Below are positions 38,246 through 51,545 of a stretch of DNA of 64,000 nucleotides, piece by piece (position 1 is the stretch's first letter; each line of letters opens with the position of its first letter). The notes beneath the pieces were generated by a model, which did not search any database, was not told where the DNA came from, and saw nothing but the letters and a program-made list of their open reading frames with translations. Origin of the DNA: Octopus sinensis. Its lineage: Eukaryota. The position numbers and the translations under genes are program-made. The stretch spans positions 40,114,001 to 40,178,000 of the forward strand of contig NC_043014.1 in assembly GCF_006345805.1 (NCBI RefSeq), in the 5' to 3' direction.

Positions 38246-39467
38246 AATATGTTACAAGCATATTTTAATCAGGGATGTATATTCTGGGTGTGCTAGATCT
38301 GCACATTACACACCCATTGAAAATGGCAAATTCATTATAAATATTAACCTTACTCATTAACGTAATCACAAATCTTAATGGAAAACTTTTATTATACCCA
38401 TGGCTGAAACGAAGTAACAGCATGCTTCTGTGAAATTCTGTTTTCTGCTGGGGGAAAACAGTAACTGAAACAGTTGTCATACTTTGTTATACAACAAACA
38501 CCATACGCCAATGATTTTAACTAACCTAAACGCAGCGAGCTGGCAGAAGTGTTAGAACACCAGGCGAAATACTTAGCGGTGTTTCGCCTGTCTCTACTTT
38601 CTGAGTTCAAATTCCGCCGAGGTCGACTTTGCCTTTCCCAATGTCGGGGTCGATAAATCAAGTACCAGTGAAACACTGGTGTCGATGTAATTGACTAGTC
38701 CCCTTCCATAAAATTTCAGGTCTTCTGCCTAGAGTAGAAAGATTTTAACTAACCTAAAGTTTGCTTATGCCTAAACACTGCTTGGTGCTGATACTGTTGT
38801 ACACACATATATTTAAAAATAATAATAATGATCTTATTGTATACAGTGTTCAGATATACTACAAATCATCGGTAAAAGTAGCCAAAACTGCATGATCAGT
38901 GCATAGAACATGCAGAGCAAGGGAATAGTGAATAAGATTTGTGATTAAATTAATGAGTGAGGTTAATAGTTATAATGAATTTGCCATTTTTGATGGGTAT
39001 GCAGCACACACCTAGCACACCTGGAATATACGCTCCTGATATGTGTATATATATATACACACCAGCACTATGGACTGGCGTTGCCGGATCATAGTGCTAG
39101 TGCATGCATATACAGCTGCATGCGTGCACATATACATGCGAGTACTGTCCAAATCTTCGACCAATTACATACAGCTAGCTGGCATTCAATTAGCGTATTC
39201 AGTTTCGGGCATTTTGATTGGGTTTTGGATAGAAAATTCACCAAAATGTCATTTCTATTAATTTTTTAATGGCTTTGCAGGGTGACTGGGGAAATGTAAA
39301 GATGTGCACGACCACCATTGGACGGTTTGGAATGACCATAGAAAGTGCGAGCCCTCTAACTGAAAAATTGTGGATTTGTTTAAAGGACACATACGCAGAC
39401 ATTTTGCTGTTTATATATATAGAGATGTACAAATCCACAATTTAGAAGAATTTTAAGAGCAGCTTAC

Positions 39468-39573
39468 CTGGTAATGACACAGCCGATACGACCTTGTGGT
39501 GACGGGTAAATAATGGCATTTTCTTCCCTGTAGTCATGAATTAGTGATTGGTTTGATACCTCTCTCAGACTCC
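39468..39573 (-). CDS. Exon 3 of PDZ gene: linker and start of PDZ2
   Basis: Acceptor gttgcag|, reads (W)SLREVSNQSLIHDYREENAIIYPSPQGRIGCVIT(R), donor AG|GTAAGC. 106 nt, phase 1 in, phase 2 out, matching exon 4. The acceptor is the least certain boundary. Confidence 0.75.
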
Positions 39574-39727
39574 CTGCAACTAATTTATTATTAATGATCA
39601 GATTCAGAGGTGATATAGTGTGAAGGTGGAAGAGAAGGTTTTGAAGGGAGAATGGAAGGAGGGGTGTTAACAGACTGTTGTAAAAGTTGAGACAAAATAT
39701 GACAAAGCTAGAAAAGAAATCAACCAC

Positions 39728-40130
39728 TTACTCTTTTACTCTTTTACTTGTTTCAGTCATTTGACTGCGGCCATGCTGGAGCACCGCCTTTAGTTGAGCA
39801 AATCGACCCCGGGACTTATTCTTTGTAAGCCCAGTACTTATTCTATCGGTCTCTTTTGCCGAACTGCTAAGTGACGGGGGACGTAAACACGCCAGCATCG
39901 GTTGTCAAGCAATGCTAGGGGGACAAATACAGACACACAACACATACATATATACATACATATATACGACAGGCTTCTTTCAGTATCCGTCTACCAAATC
40001 CACTCACAAGGCATTGGTCGGCCCGGGGCTATAGCAGAAGACACTTGCCCAAGATGCCACGCAGTGGGACTGAACCCAGAACCATGTGGTTGGTTAGCAA
40101 GCTACTTACCACACAGCCACTCCTGCGCCT
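39728..40130 (-). mobile_element. SINE family A copy in intron 2
   Basis: Full-length, inverted relative to 40400-40775. Confidence 0.85.
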
Positions 40131-40399
40131 ATTGATATTTTTTCATTTTTTAAAAATACCTTTAGTTTTGGATGGGATTTGTGTTTTCTTTTCTTTTTAT
40201 GCAAATTGTCAAATGTAACCCAAACTCTCTGTACACACACACAGACACAAAAACACACACACACTCATATTTATAACATTACATCTCCAGTTGATCTTAT
40301 ACCTTGTCCAAGCATACAATAAGTCACTTGAAGGTGAATTTGAAATGACTTTCATGTAGATGGTTCAATACCTTATTATCTTTACTATTTTGCCACCAG

Positions 40400-40775
40400 G
40401 TATAGGAGTGGCTGTGTGGTAAGTAGCTTGCTTACAAACCACATGGTTCTGGGTTCAGTCCCACTGCGTGGCACCTTGGGTAAGTGTCTTCTACTATAGC
40501 CTCGGGCTGACCAAAGCCTTGTGAGTGGATTTGGTAGACGGAAACTGAAAGAAGCCCATCGTATATACATGTGAGTGTGTTTGTGTGTCTGTGTTTGTCC
40601 CCCAACATAGCTTGACAACCGATGCTGGTGTGTTTACGTCCCCGTAACTTAGCGGTTCGGCAAAAGATAACCGATAGAATAAGTACTAGGCTTACAAAGA
40701 ACAAGTCCTGGGGTCGATTTGCTCGACTAAAGGCAGTGCTCCAGCATGGCCAAAGTCACGTGACTGAAACAAGTA
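40400..40775 (+). mobile_element. SINE family A copy in intron 2
   Basis: Full-length. Confidence 0.85.
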
Positions 40776-40933
40776 GGAGAGAGTATCAGAACTCTGAAGA
40801 TGGAAAATGGTTATGACATAACACTAATAACTTTACCACTGAGAGCTAACAACATTCTCCTTATTTTCTTGACACAAAGATTCAGAAATTCTGTTAAAAC
40901 ATTAAATGAATGATGAACCTCCTGAATACTTAC

Positions 40934-41057
40934 ATGAAGAATCAACCAAAATATTCATCTCAGTTGCCAGAAGCATGATTTTCACTGCAGCTTCATGTGT
41001 AATATACCTAAAATCGTGTCCATTCACCTCTAAAATGTGATCTCCTCGTCGCAATCC
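40934..41057 (-). CDS. Exon 2 of PDZ gene: second half of PDZ1
   Basis: Acceptor tttatttcaatag|, translation GLRRGDHILEVNGHDFRYITHEAAVKIMLLATEMNILVDSS, donor T|GTAAGT. 124 nt, phase 0 in, phase 1 out. Not in the supplied ORF track. Confidence 0.9.
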
Positions 41058-42639
41058 CTATTGAAATAAATACAGCAAAAATATTAAAGAAATGTTAAAG
41101 TGAAAGTGCTACTGTAGTGTTGCAATATATATGAGGCTGAAATATATATATGAGGCGGCGAGCTGGCAGAAACGTTAGCGCGCCAGGCGAAATGCTTAGC
41201 TGTATTTCGTCTGTTGTTACGTTTTGAGTTCAAATTCCGCCGGGGTCGACTTTGTTTTTCATCCTCTTGGGGTCAATAAATAAAGTACCAGTTTCGCACT
41301 GGGTTGATATAATCGACTTAATCCGTTTGTCTGTCATTGTTTGTCCCCTCTATGTTTAGCCCCTTGTGGGCAATAAAGAAATATATATGAGGCTGAAAAG
41401 AAAGTCCTGTTGCATTTTTGATGTGATCATTTTCAGGATACTTTTTCAGTACTTAAGCATTGATTTTTATATTCTAATGTTTTGTTGTTCCTTTGCAGAT
41501 TATCTTATACTACGGGGGTTAAATTTGTATCATCATCATCATCATCATCGTTTAACGTCCACTTTCCATGCTAACATGGGTTGGACGATTTGACTGAGGG
41601 CCGGCAAGCCAGATGGCTGCACTAGGCTTCAATCTTGATCTGGCAGAGTTTCTACAGCTGGATGCCCTTCCTAATGCCAACCACTCCGAGAGTGTAGTGG
41701 GTGCTTTTATGTACCACTGGCATGGGGGCCAGTCAGGCGGTACTGGCAATGACCTTGTTCGAATCTTTTTACACATGCCACTGGCACAGGTGCCAGTAAG
41801 GCGATGCTGGTAACGATCATACTCGAATGGAGCCTCTTATGTACCACCGGCACGGAAGCCAGTTAGCTGCTCTGGCAATGATCACACTCAGATGGTGCTC
41901 TTAGCACCTTACTTGCACGGGGCTCCAATTTTAAAATGAGCTTAGATCAGACCCATATCAGACACTACACACTGTATGAATTCAAAAAGGACTCCTTAGC
42001 AAAGGAATCAACAAGAAATATTCATTCTAAGGAAATGAAGCTTTAAGTGTCTGGACACACTATTGATGTTTTGGTTAGTTTTACTTGGGAAATTTTTCTC
42101 TTGTAGATTCCCCTGGATCTGAACAGGAGACGATGATCTCCTGGGGCTAAAAGCTACAGTAACACCCACCCTTTGTGGTTAGCCATATTGAGATGGCTAT
42201 TATACTTTACATTGTCGAGCGGTTACTGTTTACATCTCATTCAGAGATTTATTATTGCTTGCAGACAGTTTTTCGAAGTCAGTGATGGAAGTTACTAGAA
42301 AAACACTTAAGTATTTGCATACAGGTCTTCCTTTTCATCGTAAACCGGTGATTACCGCCCGTTGACAAGAGGCAGCTACCTCGAAACTGCGGTCTGTGCG
42401 TATCACTTAGGTTTACGAGAGAGGGATGACCTCCCTTTGCAAATACCATAAGGGCACAGATAGTGTGCCTAAAGCCAGCTGGAGACGATGATCTCCTGGG
42501 CCTAAAAGCTACAGTAACATCCACCCTTTGTGGTTAGCCATATTGAGATGGCTATTATACTTTACATTATATCAATATTGAATTTCTGAAAACCTTAGTC
42601 AAGGAAAATCCAAAGCATACTACACGAGAATCACACTTC

Positions 42640-43420
42640 AATCATAAGACATCATGAACTCAAAGAAAATGTCTAAAATTGGTCAGTGTGTCCCCTTATC
42701 CGACTGCTTCTCAGCTTAAAGTGTTTTCCTCATCGCCTGATTGTTTCTCAGCTTAATCAAAGTATTATCTGCTGCTCATCATTAAAGAGTAGACTTGCTA
42801 CTGAGCCTTTCCTGGGTACAATCATCACAAGTGATGAAAAGTGGGATCCCTATAATCATATCCAATGAAAAATAATATGGTTAGCACCTATTAAAAAAGG
42901 AGAATCTATCACCAAACCAGAACTACTCCCACCAAATGCTATGCTCTGTGTTTGTTAAGATATAAAAGGTGTCATCTATCATGAAGTGTTAAGCCAAAAT
43001 GAAACAGTTAAGGTGGGAAAATATTGTCATTAATTGGAAGTATTGCATAAAAAAAGAACGGAAGAAAAATCACCCATCATTGATCTATCACAAAGGAGTA
43101 TTGCCCTTATATGATAATACAAGACCACATATAACCCAGGGTCACCCAGGAAAATATTATATCACTAAATATAGAAGTTTTGCCTCATCCTCCATGCTCT
43201 CCTGACCTGGCTTTATCCAACCATCATCATTTCATATCATTGCACCACTATTTCGAGGGAAAAAAGTTTATTAATTGTGAAGAGGTTAAAAATAATAATG
43301 ATTGTTCCTTTCCTTTGAAACCAGAAGACTTTTGCACCTGAGGTTCCAGTAATTTGTCAAATCAGTGGGATTATACTGATGAAATATATCATATTTGCTT
43401 CTTTTTATTGAGACAAGACT
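42640..43420 (+). mobile_element. mariner-family transposase remnant
   Basis: FLGTIITSDEKW, YDNTRPH and HPPCSPDLA-like motifs in order, heavily degraded. Confidence 0.7.
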
Positions 43421-45235
43421 TTCTTTCCAACTTATATTATATATATATATATACAAGGTGTGATGGATAAATTGTCACCATTTTATATTTTTAATTTCAA
43501 ACATGCACACTGTTTGCCTGGTAACTTACTGGTAAAGCATGGTCACATTCACAGTGATCATTAGGTATATAACAAATGAAAGACAGAAGATGGAATATAC
43601 GAGAATTTATTGTTAATCACGACAATTGTTTCGACATATCTAGCATTGATTCCTCTTGGGTGGGACACTCAACAACTGGTTCAGGAGCATCTGGTGGTGC
43701 CAATATATTTCGGTGGGGGATAAATAAATACAACTCATAAAAAATGACCCTTCCGCAATGTAACTTCCCATTTTATAGAGAGAAAAGCAGCCAGATGGAG
43801 GAAATATCTTCATTTATTTAGAAGATCAAAAATAAAATCACAGATGGCACAAGGAGAAATGAACACGCAATCCAGCGAGAAAAGTATTATATATAGCCAT
43901 TAACAGATATGGATGCATTAACGCTCTTGCGCAAGCTGCATGGCACAACTACACTCGTTCTTACAAGCATCCACAAAAATGTGAGCATATGCACACGTGA
44001 GGTTTGGCACACTCATGATCACAAAGTGAGTTAGTTATCTACTTGGTGTTTATAAGAATGGGGAGGTTAAAAGTAAACTTAAGCCATCCATGCCTTAAAG
44101 TAAATTAAGTTAACGGTTACTCAAAATTCATTCTCACTGCATTGTGCGAAAGTGCATTTATATGCATATGGGCATTAATTGGTCAATAGTAAGGTATGCG
44201 AAACCATAAAATATAATTTCCAGGAGATGCCGTCTCTGCTCTGAGGAATCCCTGTCTATTCTGTGGGCTAATGAGAAGATAATTAATAGAATTTCTGAAG
44301 GATTTCAGATGAACAAATCGCCCTCAGGACTTATCTTTTAAGCCTAGTACTTACTCTATCAGTCTCTTTTGCTGAACTGCTAAGTTACAGAAATTTCAAC
44401 ATACCATCACCGGTTGTAAAATAGTGATGGGGTGACAAACGCAAACACAAAGACACACACACGCATACACACACACAAAATGGGCTTCTTTCCATTTCCA
44501 TCTACAAATCTACTCACAAAACTTCAATCAGCCTGAGGCTATAGTAAAAGACATTTGCCCAAGGTGCCCAGAACCATGTTGAGAAGCAAGCTTCTTACGA
44601 CACAGCCATGTCTGCACTTATCATCATCATCATCGTTTATCATTCGTTTTCCATGCTAGCATGGGTTGAACAGTTCAACTGGTGTCTGGGAAGCCAGGAG
44701 GCTGCACCAGGCTCCAGTCTGATCTGGCAGTGTTTCTACAGCTCGATGCCCTTCCTAATGCCAACCACTCCGTGAGTGTAGTGGGTGCTTTTTACGTGCC
44801 ACCTGCACAGGTGCCAGGTGAGGCTGGCAATGTCCACAATCGGTTGGTGCTTTTTACCTGCCACCGGCACGGACGCCAGTCAAGGCAGTGCTGGCATCAG
44901 CCACGTTCGGATGGTGCTTTTTACGTGTGTGTGTATGTGGTGTGTGTGTGTATGTGGTGTGTGTGTGTAGTGTGTGTGTGTGTTTGTGTGTGTATGTTAC
45001 TGTTTCAGTGTTTTAACATCACATCCTTATAAATGAGTCTCACTGTAATACAGTCGGTGTCCTTTCTTTCCAATATTCATTGAAAACATTTTCTGGACAT
45101 GGAGGGAGAGGGAAATATGTTACTTGAGGTGAAAACTGGCAAAAGGAAGAATGTCCAGCCATAAAAAAAAAAATCTGTTTCAACAAATACCACCTGACCC
45201 ATGCAAACATGGGGAAATGGTTGCTAAAATGACGA

Positions 45236-45264
45236 TGATGATGATGATGGTGGTGGTGGTGGTG

Positions 45265-45296
<32 letters not shown>

Positions 45297-45369
45297 GATG
45301 ATGACGATGATGATGATGATGGTGGTGATGATGATGATGATGGTGGTGGTGATGATGATATGGTGGTGA

Positions 45370-45401
<32 letters not shown>

Positions 45402-45433
45402 ATGATGAAGATGATGATGATGATGATGATGAT
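45236..45433. repeat. (GAT/GGT)n trinucleotide tract
   Basis: Direct reading. Confidence 0.95.
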
Positions 45434-46039
45434 ATCACCCCCCCCAAACACACACACATACACATACTTTTGTTTCTGATAAGATCAGTCTAGTAGGAAG
45501 AAAAAGGACTCGTGAATGTAAAAGAGATTGTTTTAGACTGGTGTGATTGATGTGATGTTTTTGTTTGAAAATCAGCAGGAAAAACCTGAATGAGGAAAGG
45601 TATTCTCTTATTTAAAGAAGCTAAGAGAGAAAGAAAGAAAGAAATAAAGAAAGAGCTAGAACAAAAGTGGCAGATTGATAAATTGCTTGAGAGATATTGT
45701 AACGTAAAGAGAGACAGAAAGAATAAAAGAGTCAAGAAAAAAAGAGAACAGGTTGTACCACAGTGAAAAGTAAATATGAGACTGAACTTATGAGTTATAT
45801 TTAAAGCTTGTGCTGATCTTGAAAAATATGTGCAAATAATGGGTCCTTCAATAAATAATGAAAAAAATTCATTCTTCTAAAAACTAGGTTTCTTCCCCCC
45901 CAAAAAAAAAATTATATATATATAGAGAGAGAGAGAAGCAATAGGTTTGTGCATGTAATAAAATAAAACCAGTTTTTTTCTGAAATTGTGACTAAGACAA
46001 TATTTCTTACTTATTGAAATTGTAGCAAAGAATACGATA

Positions 46040-46067
46040 TATAATATATATATATTATATATATATA

Positions 46068-46104
<37 letters not shown>

Positions 46105-46221
46105 GTATGTATAGATATATATATACACATATATACAAATTTGTATATATATACACGATATATATGCATACATTATATATATATACACATATGTATATAT
46201 ATATATATATATATATAACAC

Positions 46222-46263
<42 letters not shown>

Positions 46264-46348
46264 CACACATATGTGTATATATATAATATATATTATATAT
46301 ATACCACATATGTGTATAGATATATAATATATATATATATACACACAC

Positions 46349-46400
<52 letters not shown>

Positions 46401-46451
46401 GTGTATATATATAATATAATATATATATATATATATACACATATGTGTATA

Positions 46452-46492
<41 letters not shown>

Positions 46493-46577
46493 GTGTATAT
46501 ATATATATTATATATTATTATATATATATATATATACACATATGTGTATATAATATATATATATATACACATATGTG

Positions 46578-46609
<32 letters not shown>

Positions 46610-46613
46610 TGTC

Positions 46614-46645
<32 letters not shown>

Positions 46646-46966
46646 TGTATATATATATATATTATATATACACATATATGTATATACACTATATGTATAT
46701 ATATATATATATATACACATATGTGTATATATATATATATATATAATATATATGTATATATATATATATATATTACCACATATGTGTATATATATATATA
46801 TACACATATATGATATATATATATATATAATATATATATATATACCACATATGTGTATATATATATATATACACATATATGTAGATATAATATATATATA
46901 TAGTATATATACACCTATGTGTATATATATATATAATATATACCATATGTGTATATATATAATATA

Positions 46967-47006
<40 letters not shown>

Positions 47007-47035
47007 GTGTATAATATATATATATATATATACAC

Positions 47036-47079
<44 letters not shown>

Positions 47080-47112
47080 GTGTATATATATATATATATA
47101 TTATTACATATG

Positions 47113-47143
<31 letters not shown>

Positions 47144-47183
47144 GTGTATATATATTATATATATATATATACAACAATGTGTA

Positions 47184-47223
<40 letters not shown>
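46040..47223. repeat. ~1.2-kb (TA)n tract punctuated by CACATATGTG islands
   Basis: Direct reading. Confidence 0.95.
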
Positions 47224-47227
<4 letters not shown>

Positions 47228-47769
47228 CCTTAAATCCTTAAAAATGTTTTAGCCCGAAGGCCGCGGCCATGCTGGGGCACCACCGTGAATTTAAATAGAC
47301 CTGGGGAGTCCTTCGCCCGAAAGGTGGAATGTCAATAGCTAAAAAGTATTAGTGAAGTAACATTATATAACAATACCAAATGGCAGTGACCCAGCATGGC
47401 CACAGCTCATGAGCTGAAACTGAATCAAATCAAATCAATATACATATATATATTTCTTTACTACCCACAGGGGGCTAAACACAGAGGGGACAAACAAGGA
47501 CAGACAAATGAATTAAGTCGATTACATCGACCCTAGTACATAACTGGTACTTAATTTATCGACCCTGAAAGGATGAAAGGCAAAGTCCACCTCGGCAGAA
47601 TTTGAACTCAGAACGTAATGGCAGACGAAATACGGCTACGCATTTCGCCCGGCGTGCTAATGTTTCTGCCAGCTCGCCGCCCTTTATTTATATATATATA
47701 TATACATATACACATATATGCAGTATCTTGTCCTATATCTTGACTGTAAATTTTGAGTCCTTGACACTA

Positions 47770-47945
47770 TGCAGTGGTACTCAGTTCTAGTATTTGTGTA
47801 ACTCTTGATGCCAAAGTTTGGGACAAGTCCTTCCAGGATCTTCCAGATGTATATTATGGCATATCTTTCTCGCCAATGCTCTAAGGAATAGAGTCCTAAT
47901 CTCTTGAGTCTTTCCCAGTAGCTTATATGCTGCATAGAGGCTATC
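47770..47945 (-). mobile_element. CR1-clade LINE fragment, different family
   Basis: ISYWERLKRLGLYSLEHWRERYAIIYIWKILEGLVPN. Confidence 0.7.
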
Positions 47946-48109
47946 TTCTTTGTGTAGCTTCACTAGATTGCCTCAAGTTCTGCAATTAATTGACACTGGT
48001 TGGTGACCATAGCTGAGAGCAATAGTGAAAGTGGCTTAGGACAAGTGTTTCCTGATGTCTTACTCGAAAAGTTCTAAGAATCCATCCGGTTAGCCGCCTG
48101 CTAAACCCT

Positions 48110-49930
48110 TTTGTCTAGCGCTCATCGATTTGGAGAAGGTCTTCGACAGGGTTCTTTGCACTTTACTATGATAGTTACTTAGGAAAATAGGTGTTGATGA
48201 ATGACTGAATAAACTTCGTGTAGAATCACAGCCAGTAAATTAAAAGCCAGCGACGAGTTCAGTGATGAATTTAACATGCAGGTAGGTGTTCATCAGGGAT
48301 CACTCCTTAGCTCTCTCCTGTTCCTTTTTGTCATACAGGTCATAACAGAGCGGCTGTCTGTGCTAATGATCTAGTTCTAATAGCCAAATCTATCACAGAA
48401 TTAGAGAAAGCATTTTAAACATAGATGCAAGTATTAGACTTGAGAGAGACCTCAGAGTAAACTTAGCGAAGACTGAAGTATTAGTCACTAGGAAAGAAGA
48501 CAGAACCCTCTTACTATTATTAATGAAATGTCTTTGCTGGATATACAGAAAAAGAGTTGGAAGGAATTCCATACGTAGTACTCAGTGTTATGTATGGGTG
48601 CACAAGCTATGTATGCAGAGGCATAGCCAGATTTTAAAGTTAGTGGGGAGTGAGTACATAAAAAGAAGGTGCCGTGACGCATACCAAACAGTTTTTAACC
48701 CATTTCTCTTATATTACACAAAATATATCATTCGTTATAATATACGTAATTGTATTCTACATTAATTAATTCTACATTTCAGTAACAATGTCATTAAGAA
48801 CAAAATTTACAACTACTGATACAAGTAACTAAAGAGTTAAAAAAAAAATTGTTGAAAAGGCGCCAATTTTGAAAAATGTGCTCTTGAGGAGCAGTCGCTC
48901 CCCTTGTTTCCCTATTAGCTAGGTCACTGAGTGTAGTGAAATCACTGGCAGGCCAACTTTGTATGTGGAAGATACGCATAGGTGATAAGCGCTAAGAACA
49001 CACATGGAACGGATTGTCTCTATGCCTGGAAGGTTTCCTATAAGTAGTCAATAGCTTCTGGGATCTTTTCGGTTTAAACGGCAGTTTTTAAAAATAATTT
49101 CCACGTAGCTAAACACTTTTAAACTTCGTATACTGGTAGAATGTGTTTATAAAACATCTTTTTCTCTTGGTTTTATTGAGAAAGTTCTATAGTTTGTAAG
49201 ATATTTGTTGTTTTTTTCTTCAATTTCTGCATTTTCAACCAATCAAGGACGTCCATTGAGGTAAAAAAACATTCTGTGCCGTATGAATATGTCCCTCGTT
49301 TAAAAAACAGATTGGGTTTATTTACATTTGTGAAGAAAAAAAGATACCCTTCCCCTCACCCCTAACCCAAACCCTAACTCTAACCCTAAAACAGATTGAA
49401 ATGCAATAGATCGATACTAGGGTCATAATTATGGGTGACAATTTCATATGACACCACTGGAAAAAACTGCCGTTCAAACTGAAAAGATCCGCAGATGGTA
49501 TGGTAATTGTCTTCGAACTGCTTTAGTGCATGGTAGTGAGAAGTGGGCCTTGAATGGATAGGGATTGCAAAAGAGAGAAAGACATGTAGCGAGTATGCTC
49601 CATGAGACGTGAATTGTTAGTGTATATAAGAACTGAGAAAAAAAGTAAAACAAAAAAACGTACAAGCAAAAAAAATGGGTTCACAAGGAATCAGATGTAG
49701 AGTGTATGACAGAAAACTGCAGTATGCAGTATGGGATAGACTGCATTATGTTTGCAGGATGGCATAAGGCAGTGTCGAGTACTCAAAGTGAATGGTATGC
49801 ATGGAAGAGCGAGGCTGAGGGGGATTTAAGATGAAATAGTGAAAGCCGAGCCTTAGATGTATCTCACGTAGGAAACGACAAAGGATTGTGGATTGATCAG
49901 GCGTACATATCTGATTTTTCAGTGATCCGC
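48110..49930 (+). mobile_element. Degenerate RTE-clade LINE, interrupted by other sequence and a MITE
   Basis: IDLEKVFDRV-like (48120), QVGVHQGSLLSSLLF (48280), RTALVHGSEKW (49515) and RARLRG (49808) remnants appear in colinear order. Confidence 0.65.
49061..49490. mobile_element. Short (~430 bp) GGATC-MITE subfamily copy
   Basis: TIR ggatcttttcggtttaaacggcag / ctgccgttcaaactgaaaagatcc, internal ccctaa repeats. No TSD detected. Confidence 0.8.
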
Positions 49931-50056
49931 GACATCGTATATAGCAAACATATATACATGTACATACATACATGCACACACACACACACATCTATCAGGC
50001 TATTCACTATAACATTCTACCACTTGAAATGAGAGGTCTGTCCATATTCATTTCTC

Positions 50057-50909
50057 GGATCTTTTCCTTTTGAACGCCACTTTTCAACACAATTTCTAGT
50101 TAACTAAACACTTTTAAACTTCGTATACTGGTAGAATGTGTCAAAATAAAACATTTTTTTCTCTTGGCTTTCTCGAGAAAATTGTAATTTGTTTGTTTAA
50201 CCTAGTTTAATTTTTCGAATTTTAACCAATCCTATGCCCTCTATTTAGCTAAAATCATTTGCTGCGTCTAAAACAGACAACATCCTGTCACTAACCCTAA
50301 TCCTCACCCTAACCCTAAATTTTAGCCTTTCGTTTTCTTTTCTTAATTGTTAAATTAATTTCAGGATAACAATTAAGAAAAAAAAAAAAACAAAAGGCTA
50401 AAACGAAAGGAATGGAAAATAATTTTAATTTAACAATTAAGAAAAAAAAACTAAAGACAAACGAAAGCAAAAACTCAAAACAAAAACAAAACGAATAATT
50501 TTAGACACACGCGTAACAATTAAATTAATTTAACAATTAAGAAAAAAAAACAAAAGGCTAAAATTTAGGGTTAGGGTTAGGGTTAGAGTTAAACTAAAGC
50601 AATGGAATTGAATTAATTTAACAATTAAGAAAAAAAACTTTAGAGCTAGGGTTAGGGGGGCGGTTTAGGGTTAGTGACAGGATGTTGTCTCAGTTTTAGA
50701 CGCAGCAAATGATTTTAGCTCAAAATAGGCCATAGGATTGGTTAAAATTTGAAAAATTAAACTACGTGAAACAAACAAATTACAATTTTCTCAAAAAAGC
50801 CAAGAGAAAAAATGTTTTATTTTGACACATTCTACCAGTATACGAAGTTTAAAAGTGTTTAGTAAACTAGAAATTGTGTTGAAAAGTGCCGTTGAAAAGG
50901 AAAAGATCC
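50057..50909. mobile_element. Second foldback MITE of the same family, 8-bp TSD (CATTTCTC)
   Basis: Same TIRs and arms as 32599-33232. The TSD matches exactly on both sides. Confidence 0.85.
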
Positions 50910-51545
50910 CATTTCTCTCCTATGACATGTTATCTCGCCACTCCTCTCAACTCCCCAATTACTAATACTTGAGTAACAAGGGATTGCGTTGGATTTTCTG
51001 ACTTCTCTCCCTTTTCCTCTCATATAACAACCTTACCCAGTCCCTCCCAACCTCTCTCTCTTTCTCTCATCACTTTGCTTTTCATTCTTTCGGGATTGAT
51101 AAAATAAAGTTCCACTCAAGTACAGGGGACAATGTGATCGACTACTCCTTAAAACCGCTCGCTTTGTGCCTAAACTAGAAACAATTAATACGTTGGCCAC
51201 CCATTTTTATAACTGCGTCTTCTTCAACACTGACCTAACAATTGCTGAGTTTTATTCGTCGAAGTATGAAAAGAACCCGCTCCTTATGAGGGCAAAAAAC
51301 TTCTTTTTTTTTACTGACATTGGAGGTGATGGTGGCAGCTGGTATTTTTCAGTTTGAGAAGAGATGGTCTAATGCTGACAATAATGAGAGAAAGAGGGAG
51401 ATGTCTGAATAACATTAAGGTCCTGCATCTAATCTGATAATCCCTCTTTTTTCTCTTCTACTAATACATAGCTGGTAAAAGAGAGGGATAAGGAGTAGTT
51501 ATTAGATCTGGTGTAGCTGCCCTTAGTGTCTCTGCCACTGAGCTG

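Noticed and set aside
39240-39359. Extra exon after a 108-nt intron below exon 3
   Set aside because: It has a good acceptor, but in the phase left by exon 3 it opens with a stop codon. An alternative phase gives no PDZ-like sequence.
45877-47252. Long ORFs (up to 345 aa) of Y/I/H/M residues, also at 27137-27466, 33883-34608, 45040-45465 and 56211-57102
   Set aside because: They are translations of microsatellites that lack stop codons.
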